A DNA stretch of 63,481 bases, the filler included. It is 5 parts of 5 records of this genome, joined end to end, with 100 filler letters (N's around TTAATTAATTAA, not from the genome) between each part and the next. Parts side by side here need not be neighbours in the genome. Positions count along the whole stretch, not along the records: positions 40,652 to 51,667 come from DRR378314_142; 4 more parts are not named here. The stretch is one strand, 5' to 3'. Under the pieces are notes generated by a model. That model worked only from the letters and a program-made list of their open reading frames with translations, did no database searches and was not told where the DNA came from. The first letter of the stretch is position 1; the number at the start of each line of letters is the position of its first letter. Shown here piece after piece: positions 40,887 through 51,767 of this stretch. The translations under genes and the position numbers were made by a program.

Positions 40887-42872
40887 ATGCTGCATTCCAC
40901 GCTTGCACCTACACGGCTTCAATCTGAACAACGTCAACATATCGAGCATATTTTTCAGCTCGGTGAAGGGCTAGATACCCCCAGCTTGCCTGCGCAGGCC
41001 CCCATTCGTCGCTCCTGGCTGCGCTGCCTGAACGAGTATCAGCTAGACCCCACTCATCCACGCCCAGCACGGGTCGTGCCGCAGCAAACATTGATTGAGC
41101 ACCGCGAGTCTGTTGATGAATTACTGCATGTCGCCCGCGCCGGGGTCGATCAGCTTTATGGTCAAATAGCGCAGCTTGGCTACGTACTACTCGTCACCGA
41201 CCACCGCGGCATTACCGTTGAGTTTCGCGGCGACCCCAACCAGGACCAGCAATTACGCAAAGCAGGCCTCTACCTGGGGGCTGACTGGGATGAACGCTTT
41301 GCAGGCACCTGCGCTGTCGGTACCTGCTTGCATGATCGCCAGGCCATTATCTGCCACCGTCAAGAACACTTCGATGCATCCCATATTTCGTTAACCTGCA
41401 CCGCCGCCCCCATTGCTGACCCTCAGGGTAATGTGATGGCCGTGTTAGATATCTCCGCGCTGCAATCGCCTACCCAGCACGAAAGCCAGAATTTCAGCCT
41501 CTCGCTGGTAACGCTTTATGCGCGCATGATTGAGGATGCCTATTTTCTCCAGCGCTACCGCGATTGCCTGATGGTGCGCCTAGATACCTCGCGGGAATTT
41601 GTGCACGTCAACGGGCGTGGTTTAATCGCCATTGAAGAGAATGGACAGGTCATCGCTGCCAACGCTGTAGGCCGCGAGCTAATCGCCGAACACCAGCACC
41701 GCTGGCCACCTTGGTCGGCAAATCACACCCCTATGCTGGGTGAACTATTCGAGTGTGAGATCGCCGATATACTCAGTATTAATAGCGGTACTGATGATCA
41801 ATTGCGTGCCTTCCGCGCTCGCGCCAGCAACACCATCCACTTTATAAGTTTGCTGGAACCCCGCCGCCCCCGCATGGCGCAACGGGCAACACCGCTTACT
41901 TCTGAATTGCCGGAACCCTTAGCTCGGCTGGGTGCCGACGACCCTGCAATGCGCAAAGTGCAAAAACTGGCCGATCGCTTGCGCAATGAAGCTAACGTGA
42001 ACGTACTGATTAGCGGCGAAACAGGCACCGGTAAAGAGGTGGTTGCACGGGCGCTGCACGAAAGCGGCAACCGCGCCAAACAACCGTTTATTGCCGTCAA
42101 CTGTGCGGCCATTCCCGAGTCACTGATTGAAAGCGAACTGTTTGGCTACGAACCTGGCGCCTTTACCGGCGGCCGCTCAAAAGGGATGCGCGGGCTTATT
42201 CCACAGGCCCATGGAGGCACGCTGTTTTTAGACGAAATCGGTGATATGCCGTTAGCGCTACAAACCCGACTGCTGCGTGTGCTGTCCGAACGGGAAGTGA
42301 TGCCGCTGGGGGCTAACACGCCAGTTAAAATCGATATTCGCGTTATTACGGCCACCCATCGCCATATCGAAGAAATGATCCAGCAAGGGGAATTCCGCGA
42401 AGACCTCTATTACCGGCTCAACGGTGCTCAGCTTCGACTACCCGCGCTACGCGAGCGCGCCGATAAACTGTTTGTTATTCGCCGCGTGTTTGAAGACGTC
42501 GCCGCCGAACGCGCCACGCAAATATCGCCGCGCCTACGCGCAGATGCCATTAGTGCGCTACTCGCGTATTCATGGCCCGGCAATATTCGTCAACTCAAAA
42601 ATGCCCTCGCTTTTGCCCTGGCCACTTCGGAAAGTGACGAAATCACCGTTCACGACCTGCCAGAGCAGTGCCTTAGTCAGCGTATTACTCACAACGCGGC
42701 GCCCCAACTTGAAACGAACGCCAATGAAACCCTTTCAGGTTCACTTATCGATCTGCTCAAGCAACATCACTGGAATATCAGCGCGGTTGCCCGTGCGCTA
42801 GGCGTTTCGCGTCCCACGGTATACCGGCAAATGCAGCGCCAGGGGATTGTGCCCCCCAACTGGCAGGGCTGA
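40887..42872 (+). CDS. GAF-domain sigma54-dependent Fis-family activator (AcoR-like)
   Basis: SW.RC GAF start, GTCAVGT, GETGTGKE, GAFTG, LFLDEIGDM, FREDLYYRL, WPGNIRQL, C-terminal HTH. Confidence 0.95.
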   Translation: MLHSTLAPTRLQSEQRQHIEHIFQLGEGLDTPSLPAQAPIRRSWLRCLNEYQLDPTHPRPARVVPQQTLIEHRESVDELLHVARAGVDQLYGQIAQLGYVLLVTDHRGITVEFRGDPNQDQQLRKAGLYLGADWDERFAGTCAVGTCLHDRQAIICHRQEHFDASHISLTCTAAPIADPQGNVMAVLDISALQSPTQHESQNFSLSLVTLYARMIEDAYFLQRYRDCLMVRLDTSREFVHVNGRGLIAIEENGQVIAANAVGRELIAEHQHRWPPWSANHTPMLGELFECEIADILSINSGTDDQLRAFRARASNTIHFISLLEPRRPRMAQRATPLTSELPEPLARLGADDPAMRKVQKLADRLRNEANVNVLISGETGTGKEVVARALHESGNRAKQPFIAVNCAAIPESLIESELFGYEPGAFTGGRSKGMRGLIPQAHGGTLFLDEIGDMPLALQTRLLRVLSEREVMPLGANTPVKIDIRVITATHRHIEEMIQQGEFREDLYYRLNGAQLRLPALRERADKLFVIRRVFEDVAAERATQISPRLRADAISALLAYSWPGNIRQLKNALAFALATSESDEITVHDLPEQCLSQRITHNAAPQLETNANETLSGSLIDLLKQHHWNISAVARALGVSRPTVYRQMQRQGIVPPNWQG

Positions 42873-42975
42873 AAGCCAATCGCGCTATCGACGAGTTGGC
42901 CTTGGGGTTTACCCTCACGTACACTTGTTTGAATCTATTTTTAAACAACGCGTTTCGACAAGCCGAGGCTCCCCC

Positions 42976-43830
42976 ATGGCGTTTGATTCAACCGCTTCTT
43001 ACATTGCAACTGATGCACTCAAACAGGCAGTCAATGCTGCTGTTGTGCTGCAGCGTCCACTACTCATCAAAGGTGAACCCGGTACCGGTAAAACGCTGCT
43101 GGCCGAGGAACTCGCTGAATCCCTGGGCACTAAGCTGATTACTTGGCATATCAAGTCCAGCACCAAAGCCGCCCAGGGGCTTTATGAGTATGATGCAGTC
43201 AGCCGCCTACGCGATTCCCAGTTGGGCGTTGAAGGGGTGGAAAATGTCGGTAACTACATCAAGCCCGGCAAGCTGTGGGAAGCTTTCACCGCGGGCGAGC
43301 GCGTGGTGCTGCTGATTGATGAAATCGACAAAGCGGATATCGAGTTTCCCAACGACCTGCTGCAAGAGCTGGATCGTATGGAGTTTCATGTTTATGAAAC
43401 CGGCGAAACCATTCGCGCCGAACAGCGCCCAATTATCGTGATCACTTCGAATAACGAAAAAGAGCTGCCCGACGCTTTCCTACGTCGCTGCTTTTTCCAT
43501 TACATCGAATTCCCCGACCGTGAGACCATGCAGGCGATTGTGGATGTTCACTTCCCGGATATCGCCCCCAAGCTGGTCGGCGAAGCCTTGGAAGTGTTTT
43601 TCGATCTGCGCAATGCCCCAGGGCTCAAGAAAAAGCCCTCTACCTCAGAGCTGGTAGATTGGCTCAAGCTGCTAATGGCCGACGAACTGGCCCAGGAAGC
43701 ACTCTATCACCGCGACCCGGCCAAAGCCCTACCGCCGATGGCGGGCGCGCTGGTTAAAAACGAGCAGGATACTCACCTGCTAGAGCGCCTGGCGTTTATG
43801 ATGCGTCGCCAAAAGAGTACGGGGCGCTAA
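42976..43830 (+). CDS. MoxR-family AAA+ ATPase
   Basis: GEPGTGKT, YEYDAVSRLRD, LIDEIDKAD.EFPNDLL, ELPDAFLRRC; start at MAFDST. Confidence 0.93.
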   Translation: MAFDSTASYIATDALKQAVNAAVVLQRPLLIKGEPGTGKTLLAEELAESLGTKLITWHIKSSTKAAQGLYEYDAVSRLRDSQLGVEGVENVGNYIKPGKLWEAFTAGERVVLLIDEIDKADIEFPNDLLQELDRMEFHVYETGETIRAEQRPIIVITSNNEKELPDAFLRRCFFHYIEFPDRETMQAIVDVHFPDIAPKLVGEALEVFFDLRNAPGLKKKPSTSELVDWLKLLMADELAQEALYHRDPAKALPPMAGALVKNEQDTHLLERLAFMMRRQKSTGR

Positions 43831-43833
43831 GCC

Positions 43834-45012
43834 ATGTTTATTGGTCTGTTTGATGCCCTCAAACGTGCCGGTGTGCCCGTTTCTCTGCGCGAATTGCTCG
43901 ACCTGCACGCGGTGGTCGAACGTGGCGTCGTGTTTGCCGACATGGAAGCCTTTTATCAAGTGGCGCGTACTGTCATGGTCAAAGATGAGCGCTACTTTGA
44001 CCGCTTTGATCGCGCCTTTGCCGCCTGGTTTAAAGGCCTTGAAGACATGGATTCGGCAATCGAGGCGCTCATTCCCGATGAGTGGCTGCGACGCGAATTT
44101 GAAAAGCAGCTCAGCGACGAAGAGAAAGCCAGAATTGAGTCGTTAGGTGGTCTTGAAGAGCTGATTGAGACCTTTAAAAAGCGCCTGGAAGAGCAAAAAG
44201 AGCGCCATGCGGGCGGCAACAAGTGGATTGGCACGGGTGGCACCAGCCCCTTTGGGGCGTATGGTTACAACCCCGAAGGCATACGTATTGGCCAGGATGG
44301 TTCGCGCCACCGTCGCGCTACCAAAGTTTGGGACGAGCGGCGTTTTCGCGATTACGATGATTCGCTTGAACTGGGCACCCGCAATATCAAAATGGCCTTA
44401 CGGCGGCTGCGCAAGTTTGCCCGCCAAGGAGCGCTGGACGAGTTTGATGTGGATAGCACTATCCGCGAAACCGCGCGGGATGCGGGGTTACTCAACATTC
44501 AAATGCGCCCCGAACGTCATAATTCGGTTAAAGTGCTGCTGTTTTTAGACGTTGGCGGGTCGATGGATGATCATATTCGCGTCTGCGAAGAGTTATTCTC
44601 AGCGGCACGTTCCGAATTCAAACACTTGGAACATTATTACTTCCACAACTGCCTCTACGAAGGGGTTTGGCGTAACAATATGCGGCGCCGTAACGAGCGC
44701 ATCCCGACCATGGATGTGTTACACACTTACGGAGCGGACTATCAGGTGGTGATTGTCGGTGATGCCGCTATGTCGCCTTACGAAGTCACCCACTCGGGTG
44801 GCAGCGTGGAACACTTCAATGATGAACCCGGAGGCGTGTGGCTAAAACGCTTGGCTGATACGTTTCCACGCTTGGCGTGGTTAAACCCCATGCCACCCCG
44901 TGCCTGGGAGTACACCTACTCGACCCAGTTAATTCGTGACGTTATCGATGACCGCATGTATCCCATGACCATGGAAGGACTGGAAACAGCAATGCGCGAG
45001 TTAGCCAAGTAG
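43834..45012 (+). CDS. VWA domain protein (CoxE-like), MoxR partner
   Basis: GGNKWIGTGGTSPFG, LDVGGSM MIDAS-like motif, YFHNC, VGDAAM, WLNP. Confidence 0.92.
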   Translation: MFIGLFDALKRAGVPVSLRELLDLHAVVERGVVFADMEAFYQVARTVMVKDERYFDRFDRAFAAWFKGLEDMDSAIEALIPDEWLRREFEKQLSDEEKARIESLGGLEELIETFKKRLEEQKERHAGGNKWIGTGGTSPFGAYGYNPEGIRIGQDGSRHRRATKVWDERRFRDYDDSLELGTRNIKMALRRLRKFARQGALDEFDVDSTIRETARDAGLLNIQMRPERHNSVKVLLFLDVGGSMDDHIRVCEELFSAARSEFKHLEHYYFHNCLYEGVWRNNMRRRNERIPTMDVLHTYGADYQVVIVGDAAMSPYEVTHSGGSVEHFNDEPGGVWLKRLADTFPRLAWLNPMPPRAWEYTYSTQLIRDVIDDRMYPMTMEGLETAMRELAK

Positions 45013-45046
45013 CGCTACTTATGTAGCGGCATCATGCCTTCTAATC

Positions 45047-45081
45047 AAAAGCGGCGCGTCCAATGGAACGCGCCGCTTTTT
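45047..45081. terminator. Bidirectional intrinsic terminator
   Basis: AAAAGCGGCGCGT-CCAATGGA-ACGCGCCGCTTTTT between convergent genes. Confidence 0.88.
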
Positions 45082-45109
45082 ACAAACTGAATCATCTAAC
45101 AGATTCTTG

Positions 45110-45640
45110 CTAGGACATACGCGATAGGACATCGTGATTGGTTAATTTACGATGCAAGATCGCCATCACGACATGGCCCACAATCAACGCCAGTAGCGTC
45201 CAACCAAGCTCACCGTGTAATAAGCCGCCGAGCTCTGTCATCCACGTGATTTCCTCGCCGTCAAAGCCCGACATTAAGTTAATCCCCAACACATCCAGCG
45301 CACGACCGGAACCATACTGGCGAATCAGTGCAATCGTAGGCACCGCAATCATCAAGCCATAGAGCGCCAGATGGCCTAGCTTTGCCATCACACTGACCGA
45401 TGGCGGGCGACGGGAGGCATTAAGTAGTGACCAAACTGCTCTTATCACTACAAGCGTCAGCAGCAACACTCCGACGGTGTAGTGGGTGCCCCATAAAAAC
45501 TCTTCCACGGGCGTATCCGACAACAGTAAATGCGCACCGGCACTCAAAAACTGACATACAAACAGCAGTGCCATCCCCCAGTGCAGCGCCTTACTGACGA
45601 CACCATAGCGGATATTAGTATCCATTATTGCCAGCGCCAT
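45110..45640 (-). CDS. Cytochrome b561 family protein
   Basis: RYG.V.K.LHW; heme His residues in THY, GHL, LHGE, GHV; four TM. Confidence 0.9.
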   Translation of the reverse strand: MALAIMDTNIRYGVVSKALHWGMALLFVCQFLSAGAHLLLSDTPVEEFLWGTHYTVGVLLLTLVVIRAVWSLLNASRRPPSVSVMAKLGHLALYGLMIAVPTIALIRQYGSGRALDVLGINLMSGFDGEEITWMTELGGLLHGELGWTLLALIVGHVVMAILHRKLTNHDVLSRMS

Positions 45641-45761
45641 ATCGGTTCCCCTTCTTATATAAGATAAATATTGTCGCTATTTTACCCAGGAAAACAGACA
45701 ACATCATGACACCAGTGTGCAAGTTCGTTGCATAAAATGGAACGGTTCGTTGTTTTTTAGC

Positions 45762-46322
45762 CTACAGCGTGGCCGGAAAGTTGTTTAAACCTGACAAAAA
45801 AGCCTCTTTGGCCTCAGTAAATGCAGCAGGATCATGCTTAAATCGGCGCAATATTAGCGCTTCATCAAGGCTCAAGGTGGGCGTCAGGTCATTACTATGC
45901 TTAGCAGGATGGCGGGCGCCTAAACCAATACGTTGCCCCTGTGCGCCATCAAACCAGCGCTTAAACCCGCACTGCTGATAAAACGCTTCTTGGGTGGCAT
46001 CACTTACCTCAACGCGCAGCGGGGCTTTGAGGCTTAACTCGCTGATTAAACGCGCTTTAGCACCATCAACAAACTCGCAAGCGTGGGTTACCGTCATCCC
46101 CTCGCCAGCCTCATCCAACACCAGTAATGCTAGCGCCAGGGGTTTACCATCGCCATCGACACCCGCCAACAGACGGGCTGCCTCTTGGTCAAACAGCACG
46201 TTTTTCGTGCCGGTAAAAATTACCAGCGGCGTTAACCCAGCTTGCTGACCGTATACCTTGGCACACAAGGTTGCCAAACACGCATTACGCGGGGCGCTCT
46301 GACTAATATGAACTACCTTCAT
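45762..46322 (-). CDS. Hypothetical protein, possible degenerate GNAT-like fold
   Basis: Clean 186-aa ORF with RBS; AFYQQCGF resembles GNAT motif B. Confidence 0.6.
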   Translation of the reverse strand: MKVVHISQSAPRNACLATLCAKVYGQQAGLTPLVIFTGTKNVLFDQEAARLLAGVDGDGKPLALALLVLDEAGEGMTVTHACEFVDGAKARLISELSLKAPLRVEVSDATQEAFYQQCGFKRWFDGAQGQRIGLGARHPAKHSNDLTPTLSLDEALILRRFKHDPAAFTEAKEAFLSGLNNFPATL

Positions 46323-46491
46323 TACGCTCTCTCATGAGAATTTAAAATCACATCAACAACGGGGAAACCTTAAAAGTTGGCCAGCCTAGAGCAAAGCTTT
46401 CGCCAGCACCACCCTCTGCCCCAAAGGAACTACACGCTAGTGGCAGAGTCGCACCCATCGCGACTCGCTTATTTGTCGCTAAGGAGAGCCA

Positions 46492-46884
46492 ATGCCACAG
46501 TATATCGACGATCCCACGTTACCCAAACCGAGTTTTCCTGGTAGCCACATGGTTATCGATGACCATTATGTGTTTATTTCAGGGCTAACGGTTACGGATC
46601 TTTCTAACGGCCAAGCCACTCGTGGAGATGTCAAAGAAGAAACTCGCCTCGTCATGCGCGAACTTGAACGCATGTTAAAACAACAGGGAGGCAGCCTAGC
46701 GGATATTGTTAGAGTCGACATTCATCTTGCTGACTTAAGGCAGATCAATGCATTAGACAGTATCTACGCGGAGTTTTTTGAACCAGGCCGCTACCCAGCC
46801 CGCACCTGCACCGAGTCACCAAATATTTGCGGGGGCAGCACCGTCGAAATCACTTTGATGGCAAAGCGCCCGCCGCAAGAATAA
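46492..46884 (+). CDS. RidA/YjgF-family protein
   Basis: VFISG, YAEFF...YPARTC, VEI. Confidence 0.88.
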   Translation: MPQYIDDPTLPKPSFPGSHMVIDDHYVFISGLTVTDLSNGQATRGDVKEETRLVMRELERMLKQQGGSLADIVRVDIHLADLRQINALDSIYAEFFEPGRYPARTCTESPNICGGSTVEITLMAKRPPQE

Positions 46885-46904
46885 ACACTCAGCATTCTGG
46901 GCGC

Positions 46905-48356
46905 TCAATGCGCCCTTACCATCGCCAACACCGCATCAATATCCAAGTGCGCTTCCAGCGTATCAGCCAGTCGATCAAGCGCTTGCTCGCGGTGGGCGCG
47001 ATAATCGACGGGTGCCGCACTTGCTAGCCCTAACGTAGTAAGCAACGCTTGGCAGGCTTCAGGGTGATCAAACAACCCATGCAAGTAAGTGCCCATCACT
47101 TGGCCATCGATACTGATAGCGCCATCCACGTGGCTACCTAAATCAAAAAGCGGCCGATTGAGTGCAGCCCCGTTGCTCACACCATTGTGGATTTCGTAGC
47201 CCGTTACAGCCGCTTCTTGCCCGACCATAACGCCGCTGACATTGCGCAGCTGCTTGCCCGCGACCATTCTCGTGGATACCTGCAACAACCCCAAACCTGC
47301 TACCTTCCCGGGCGCGCCTTCCAAGCCATCCGAGTCATCTATCCACTCACCCAGCATTTGAAAACCACCGCAAATCCCCAGCACCTTGCCACCGTAGCGC
47401 AAATGGCGAGCAATCGCGTCTCTCCAGCCCTGGCGTGTTAGCCAGGCTAAATCACTGGCGGTGCTTTTGCTCCCCGGCAGTATCATTACATCAGCAGGTG
47501 GAATCGGTTGGTCTGGCCCTACAAAGGTAAGCGATACCTGGGGATGTAAGCGCAGCGGATCAAAATCTGTATGATTGCTGATACGCGGCAGCGCGGGAAC
47601 AATCACCTTCAGGGTGTGATTGGCTTTTTCAGCGTGAACCCGACCAATGCTATCTTCAGCATCCAGCAGTAGGCCCTGCAAGTAAGGCAAGGTGCCCAGA
47701 ACTGGCTTGCCAGTACGCGCTTCTAACCACTCAAGCCCCGGTTCTAAAAGGCCAATATCGCCCCGAAAACGGTTAATAATAAATCCTTTCGTGCGTGCCT
47801 GCTCGCTGTCGCTTAATAGCGCCAGCGTTCCTACTAGCTGAGCAAACACACCGCCGCGGTCAATATCGCCTACTAACAAAACCGGACAGTCGGCAGCTTC
47901 GGCAAAGCCCATATTAGCGATATCGCCTTTACGCAGATTGATTTCCGCCGGACTGCCCGCGCCTTCGGCAATGATCACATCAAAGCGGCTTTCCAAGGCC
48001 AGCCATGCCGCCATGACGCTCTCTTTCGCCGTGCGCTTAAACGCGTGGTAGTCCAGTGCATCCATATGGCCATGCACTTTACCGCGTAAAATCACTTGGG
48101 CTCCGCGATCTGTCTCCGGCTTTAATAGCACCGGATTCATATCACTATGGGGAACCACACCCGCCGCCTGTGCCTGTAACGCAGTGGAGCGGCCAATCTC
48201 ACCACCATCACTGGTCACGGCGCTATTCAGTGCCATGTTCTGCGGTTTAAATGGCGCGACTGAAATACCACGGCGCTTTAACACGCGACAAAGCCCAGCA
48301 ACCACCGTGCTTTTGCCCGCATCCGAGGTAGTTCCCTGAATCATTAATGTGGTCAT
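46905..48356 (-). CDS. cobQ: Cobyric acid synthase
   Basis: [61 protein letters not shown]. Confidence 0.96.
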   Translation of the reverse strand: MTTLMIQGTTSDAGKSTVVAGLCRVLKRRGISVAPFKPQNMALNSAVTSDGGEIGRSTALQAQAAGVVPHSDMNPVLLKPETDRGAQVILRGKVHGHMDALDYHAFKRTAKESVMAAWLALESRFDVIIAEGAGSPAEINLRKGDIANMGFAEAADCPVLLVGDIDRGGVFAQLVGTLALLSDSEQARTKGFIINRFRGDIGLLEPGLEWLEARTGKPVLGTLPYLQGLLLDAEDSIGRVHAEKANHTLKVIVPALPRISNHTDFDPLRLHPQVSLTFVGPDQPIPPADVMILPGSKSTASDLAWLTRQGWRDAIARHLRYGGKVLGICGGFQMLGEWIDDSDGLEGAPGKVAGLGLLQVSTRMVAGKQLRNVSGVMVGQEAAVTGYEIHNGVSNGAALNRPLFDLGSHVDGAISIDGQVMGTYLHGLFDHPEACQALLTTLGLASAAPVDYRAHREQALDRLADTLEAHLDIDAVLAMVRAH

Positions 48357-48533
48357 GCCCGTCGGCCCTTGCTGAAAGTAGCCGAACTGTAGCCGCCGAA
48401 CAGCTAGTTAGCAACGGACAAAACCTCTCAACAACGTGCATAGCCCATGGCATTTCGGTATCAACCGCCAGCAGACAAGCCTGCTCGTTTCCGCTAGGGT
48501 AGCGCCTCACGCTGCCAAACGAATTCGTATTAC

Positions 48534-49454
48534 ATGCAAGAGTTACTCAATAAGATTGCCGCCGAGCTGGCCCTTGAAACCGAGCGCGGAAATGTCGCTG
48601 ACTATATTCCCCAGCTTGCCCATGTGGACCCCAGCCAATTTGCTATCAGTTTAGCTACGGTAGACGGCCAGCGCTTTTCTGCGGGCTGCGCCACCACACC
48701 GTTCTCAATCCAGAGCATTTCCAAAGTTTTTACGCTAACCATTGCGTTGGGCAAATGGGGGGATGGATTGTGGTCGCGGGTCGGGCGTGAGCCTTCTGGC
48801 GACCCGTTCAACTCTATCGTGCAGCTTGAGCATGAAGGCGGTAAACCGCGCAATCCGTTTATTAATGCTGGGGCGATTGCGATTGTTGATGCCATCATGA
48901 TGGGTCACGAGCCTAAAGAGACACTGGCGGAAATTCTTAGCTTTGTGCGCTATATCGCCGACGATAACAGTATCTGTTTTGACCATCAGGTAGCGGCTTC
49001 CGAAATGCAGCACAAAGACCGCAATGCTTCTCTGGCGCATTTTATGAAAGCCTTTGGTCGCCTGCGCCATGATGTCGATAAAGTGCTCGGCACCTACTTT
49101 CACCAGTGCGCAATTGCCATGAGCTGCGAACAGCTTGCTCACGCCGGACTGTTTTTGGCATCGGACGGTGTCAACCGGCCAAGTGATTTACGCGTTGTAT
49201 CGCCCCAACGAGCGCGACGGATTAATTCATTGATGATGATGTGCGGCCACTACGACGCGTCGGGGGAGTTTGCTTTCCGCGTTGGCCTGCCCGGCAAAAG
49301 TGGCGTAGGCGGTGGAATTTTGGCTATTGCACCTGGGCGTGGTTCGCTTGCCGTCTGGTCGCCGGGGTTGGATAAATACGGCAATAGCCTACTGGGAACT
49401 CGTGCCCTAGAAATGTTTGCCCAAGAAACCGGCTGGTCGGTATTTGGACACTAA
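48534..49454 (+). CDS. glsA: Glutaminase
   Basis: [46 protein letters not shown]. Confidence 0.95.
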   Translation: MQELLNKIAAELALETERGNVADYIPQLAHVDPSQFAISLATVDGQRFSAGCATTPFSIQSISKVFTLTIALGKWGDGLWSRVGREPSGDPFNSIVQLEHEGGKPRNPFINAGAIAIVDAIMMGHEPKETLAEILSFVRYIADDNSICFDHQVAASEMQHKDRNASLAHFMKAFGRLRHDVDKVLGTYFHQCAIAMSCEQLAHAGLFLASDGVNRPSDLRVVSPQRARRINSLMMMCGHYDASGEFAFRVGLPGKSGVGGGILAIAPGRGSLAVWSPGLDKYGNSLLGTRALEMFAQETGWSVFGH

Positions 49455-49519
49455 ACAGATAAAAGAGCGGCCACCACGGTAGGCCTCTACCTTACGGTGA
49501 TCGCTCTGATGTCGCTGCG

Positions 49520-51667
49520 CTACCAAGCAAAGTTGTAGTTAATGAGTACCGCCGAGTCACTTGGGGCGTCAGCATTATGACCAGGCTCTAAGGTATGCAA
49601 CAAATTGAGTTGCCACTGACTGCGTTGACCCGTTTTGAATTGATAACCAAACTCAATGTCGACCTGCCTTCCTGAAGGGGCCAGTGAAGCATTTCGGGTT
49701 TCGCGTAATACCGTTCCATCTATAGCTCGGCTCACCGGAACATCAAAGATAGCGTTAGCACTTGAAATACGCAGTGGTTGGCGAAGTGTTAGTGCAGCCC
49801 TTTCATCTTCGCGCCGACCACTCCCCTTCCACTGAAGCCCCATCGCAATTTGTTGCGCGTTGATATCATCTATACGCTTTAGCAACCCATTGCCTAATGC
49901 GCTACCCCGTCCTTGCTCAAACTCCGCAAAGCCACTCCAACTATTACCCATGCCGGCCTGAAGACCAACGCCGACGAAGGCCATTTGGTTTTGTTCGCCA
50001 AAGGCTAACGCACCATTACCGCTAGCGCCCAATAAGCCTTTCTGCTCATTAAGCTGACCAACATAGCTACTTAAACTGATCGCCGGTGACACCTCTAGTA
50101 AAAACCCTACGTCGGAACGGTTTGCACGAAAATCGCTAATGGTATCTAACCGATTAGAACTTCCTGCCCAATGGGCAGCGGTTAGGCTAAGCCGCTCTCC
50201 CATGGCATAGCGGGTTTTAAAACCGTTCACCGTTTCAAATGACTGAGTCAGCTCCCCTCCCGTTTGGAAAGAGATCATCGGTATCATGGTAGACTCAGCA
50301 TAACCGCTCATAGGATTGGGCTGATCGCCGTCAAAGCTAAAAACACTAAGATGAGCATTACCAACGGAGCCATCAAAACGGCTACTTAAAACGTCGCCCT
50401 GAACATTACTACTAGAGGTGAAACTAAAGTTATCCTGTACTACAGACTGCGTGCGAACTGCGCTGCCAGTTCCCAGTGCAAGCTGTTCCATTTGCCCTCT
50501 CAACTGCGTGGCACGTTTCGTCCGCTGTTGTGCGTGGTGCCCCAGGTTAATACGATAGTCTCTACCTAACGCATCAAAGGCAGCAACACCATCTAATACG
50601 CCTGATGCAGCAAGTGAGTTACCATAAGCACCAGAAAGTTTCATAAATGAGTGATCGGCCGAATGCCCACCCTCAGCCACAAACGTGCCTTGACTAACGA
50701 CTAGCTCTCCTTCCGGCGCTAGCGCAGCATCAATATCAGCCACCCCTTGGCCTAAATAGAAAGCCCCACAATTGGTGCTACCAGTCTCACCACAGCTGTC
50801 TTTCTGATACAAGTCGCTCTCTCGGCTTGCGGTATCAAGCAGGCGCTGACTAGCCTGCTGAGCGGTAAGATGTGGCCACTGCCCTAAAATACCTGCAGCA
50901 TACTCGGTAATACGTGCCGCTGAAAAAGAGGTCCCGTTACCCTCACTGCTAGAGAAAGGAGCCCCTAACGAACGCTCTTGTAGGCGCTTGTCATCCGCCG
51001 GATAACTACTGCTTGGATGAATGTCGCCCTCTTGCGTTGTACCAAGCGCAATCAGCATCATTTCATACACTTCAGGCTCGCTGTTATAGAAGGGGTTACC
51101 ACCGGTTTCAATAGGGCCTCCGGTGTTACCAGCACTAGCAACATAAACGGCGCCCTTGCCATCATTGGCATTCACCACCCGCTGAAAGGATTCTCGAGAT
51201 GTATAACCATTAAATGAAAGCTGAGGGCTTACTGCCTCCAAGCGTCGATCGAAACTGGCATTAATGACCCTTGCACCTCGTGATGCGGCTTCGCCGATGG
51301 CATAGCTCAATGCTCTCCTTCGCGTAAGGCCATCTGGATCCTCTGTTTTGATTAAATCTAAACGTGCATTACCCAACGAGCCATCAGCAATTGTCGATGC
51401 AACAGCGTTGCCGTGCCACTCATTTAAGCCACCTACATCTGATGTATTGGTATAGATATCAAGCGTATCGATAATCCGTTCAGGGTTATCAATTGTATCG
51501 ACGTTAAAAGCTGCGTCCGTCACTGCGACACGTACTAGAGTAAGTTGTGACGTAGGCCCATACGAGGATGGAGGACTAATTTGCCGCCTTACTAGGTCAC
51601 CAGAGATGGGCTTCTGAGGTGGATCAGAGGGTGGCGGGTTAGTTGGTGGTGGATTAGTTGGTGGTGG
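49520..51667 (-). CDS. S8 subtilase with Pro-rich N-terminal linker and probable C-terminal beta-barrel (5' truncated)
   Basis: Frame is open to the contig edge: PPPTNPPPTNPPPSD...VRVAVTD (Asp), WHGNAVAS (His), SAGN, GTSFSA (Ser); ends LINYNFAW. Confidence 0.82.
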   Translation of the reverse strand, partial: PPPTNPPPTNPPPSDPPQKPISGDLVRRQISPPSSYGPTSQLTLVRVAVTDAAFNVDTIDNPERIIDTLDIYTNTSDVGGLNEWHGNAVASTIADGSLGNARLDLIKTEDPDGLTRRRALSYAIGEAASRGARVINASFDRRLEAVSPQLSFNGYTSRESFQRVVNANDGKGAVYVASAGNTGGPIETGGNPFYNSEPEVYEMMLIALGTTQEGDIHPSSSYPADDKRLQERSLGAPFSSSEGNGTSFSAARITEYAAGILGQWPHLTAQQASQRLLDTASRESDLYQKDSCGETGSTNCGAFYLGQGVADIDAALAPEGELVVSQGTFVAEGGHSADHSFMKLSGAYGNSLAASGVLDGVAAFDALGRDYRINLGHHAQQRTKRATQLRGQMEQLALGTGSAVRTQSVVQDNFSFTSSSNVQGDVLSSRFDGSVGNAHLSVFSFDGDQPNPMSGYAESTMIPMISFQTGGELTQSFETVNGFKTRYAMGERLSLTAAHWAGSSNRLDTISDFRANRSDVGFLLEVSPAISLSSYVGQLNEQKGLLGASGNGALAFGEQNQMAFVGVGLQAGMGNSWSGFAEFEQGRGSALGNGLLKRIDDINAQQIAMGLQWKGSGRREDERAALTLRQPLRISSANAIFDVPVSRAIDGTVLRETRNASLAPSGRQVDIEFGYQFKTGQRSQWQLNLLHTLEPGHNADAPSDSAVLINYNFAW
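51629..51667 (-). repeat. 15-nt coding tandem repeat (PPPTN)
   Basis: CCACCACCAACTAAT CCACCACCAACTAAC CCGCCACCC running into the contig end. Confidence 0.8.
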
Positions 51668-51767
51668 NNNNNNNNNNNNNNNNNNNNNNNNNNNNNNNNN
51701 NNNNNNNNNNNTTAATTAATTAANNNNNNNNNNNNNNNNNNNNNNNNNNNNNNNNNNNNNNNNNNNN
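51668..51767. other. Artificial contig linker
   Basis: 44 N + TTAATTAATTAA + 44 N. Confidence 0.99.

Noticed and set aside
42976-45012. MoxR-VWA pair as a novel or defence system
   Set aside because: A common conserved chaperone-like pair with no accessory genes here
48357-48533. Cobalamin riboswitch upstream of cobQ
   Set aside because: I could not find a B12-box or the conserved core motifs; an Rfam scan would settle it
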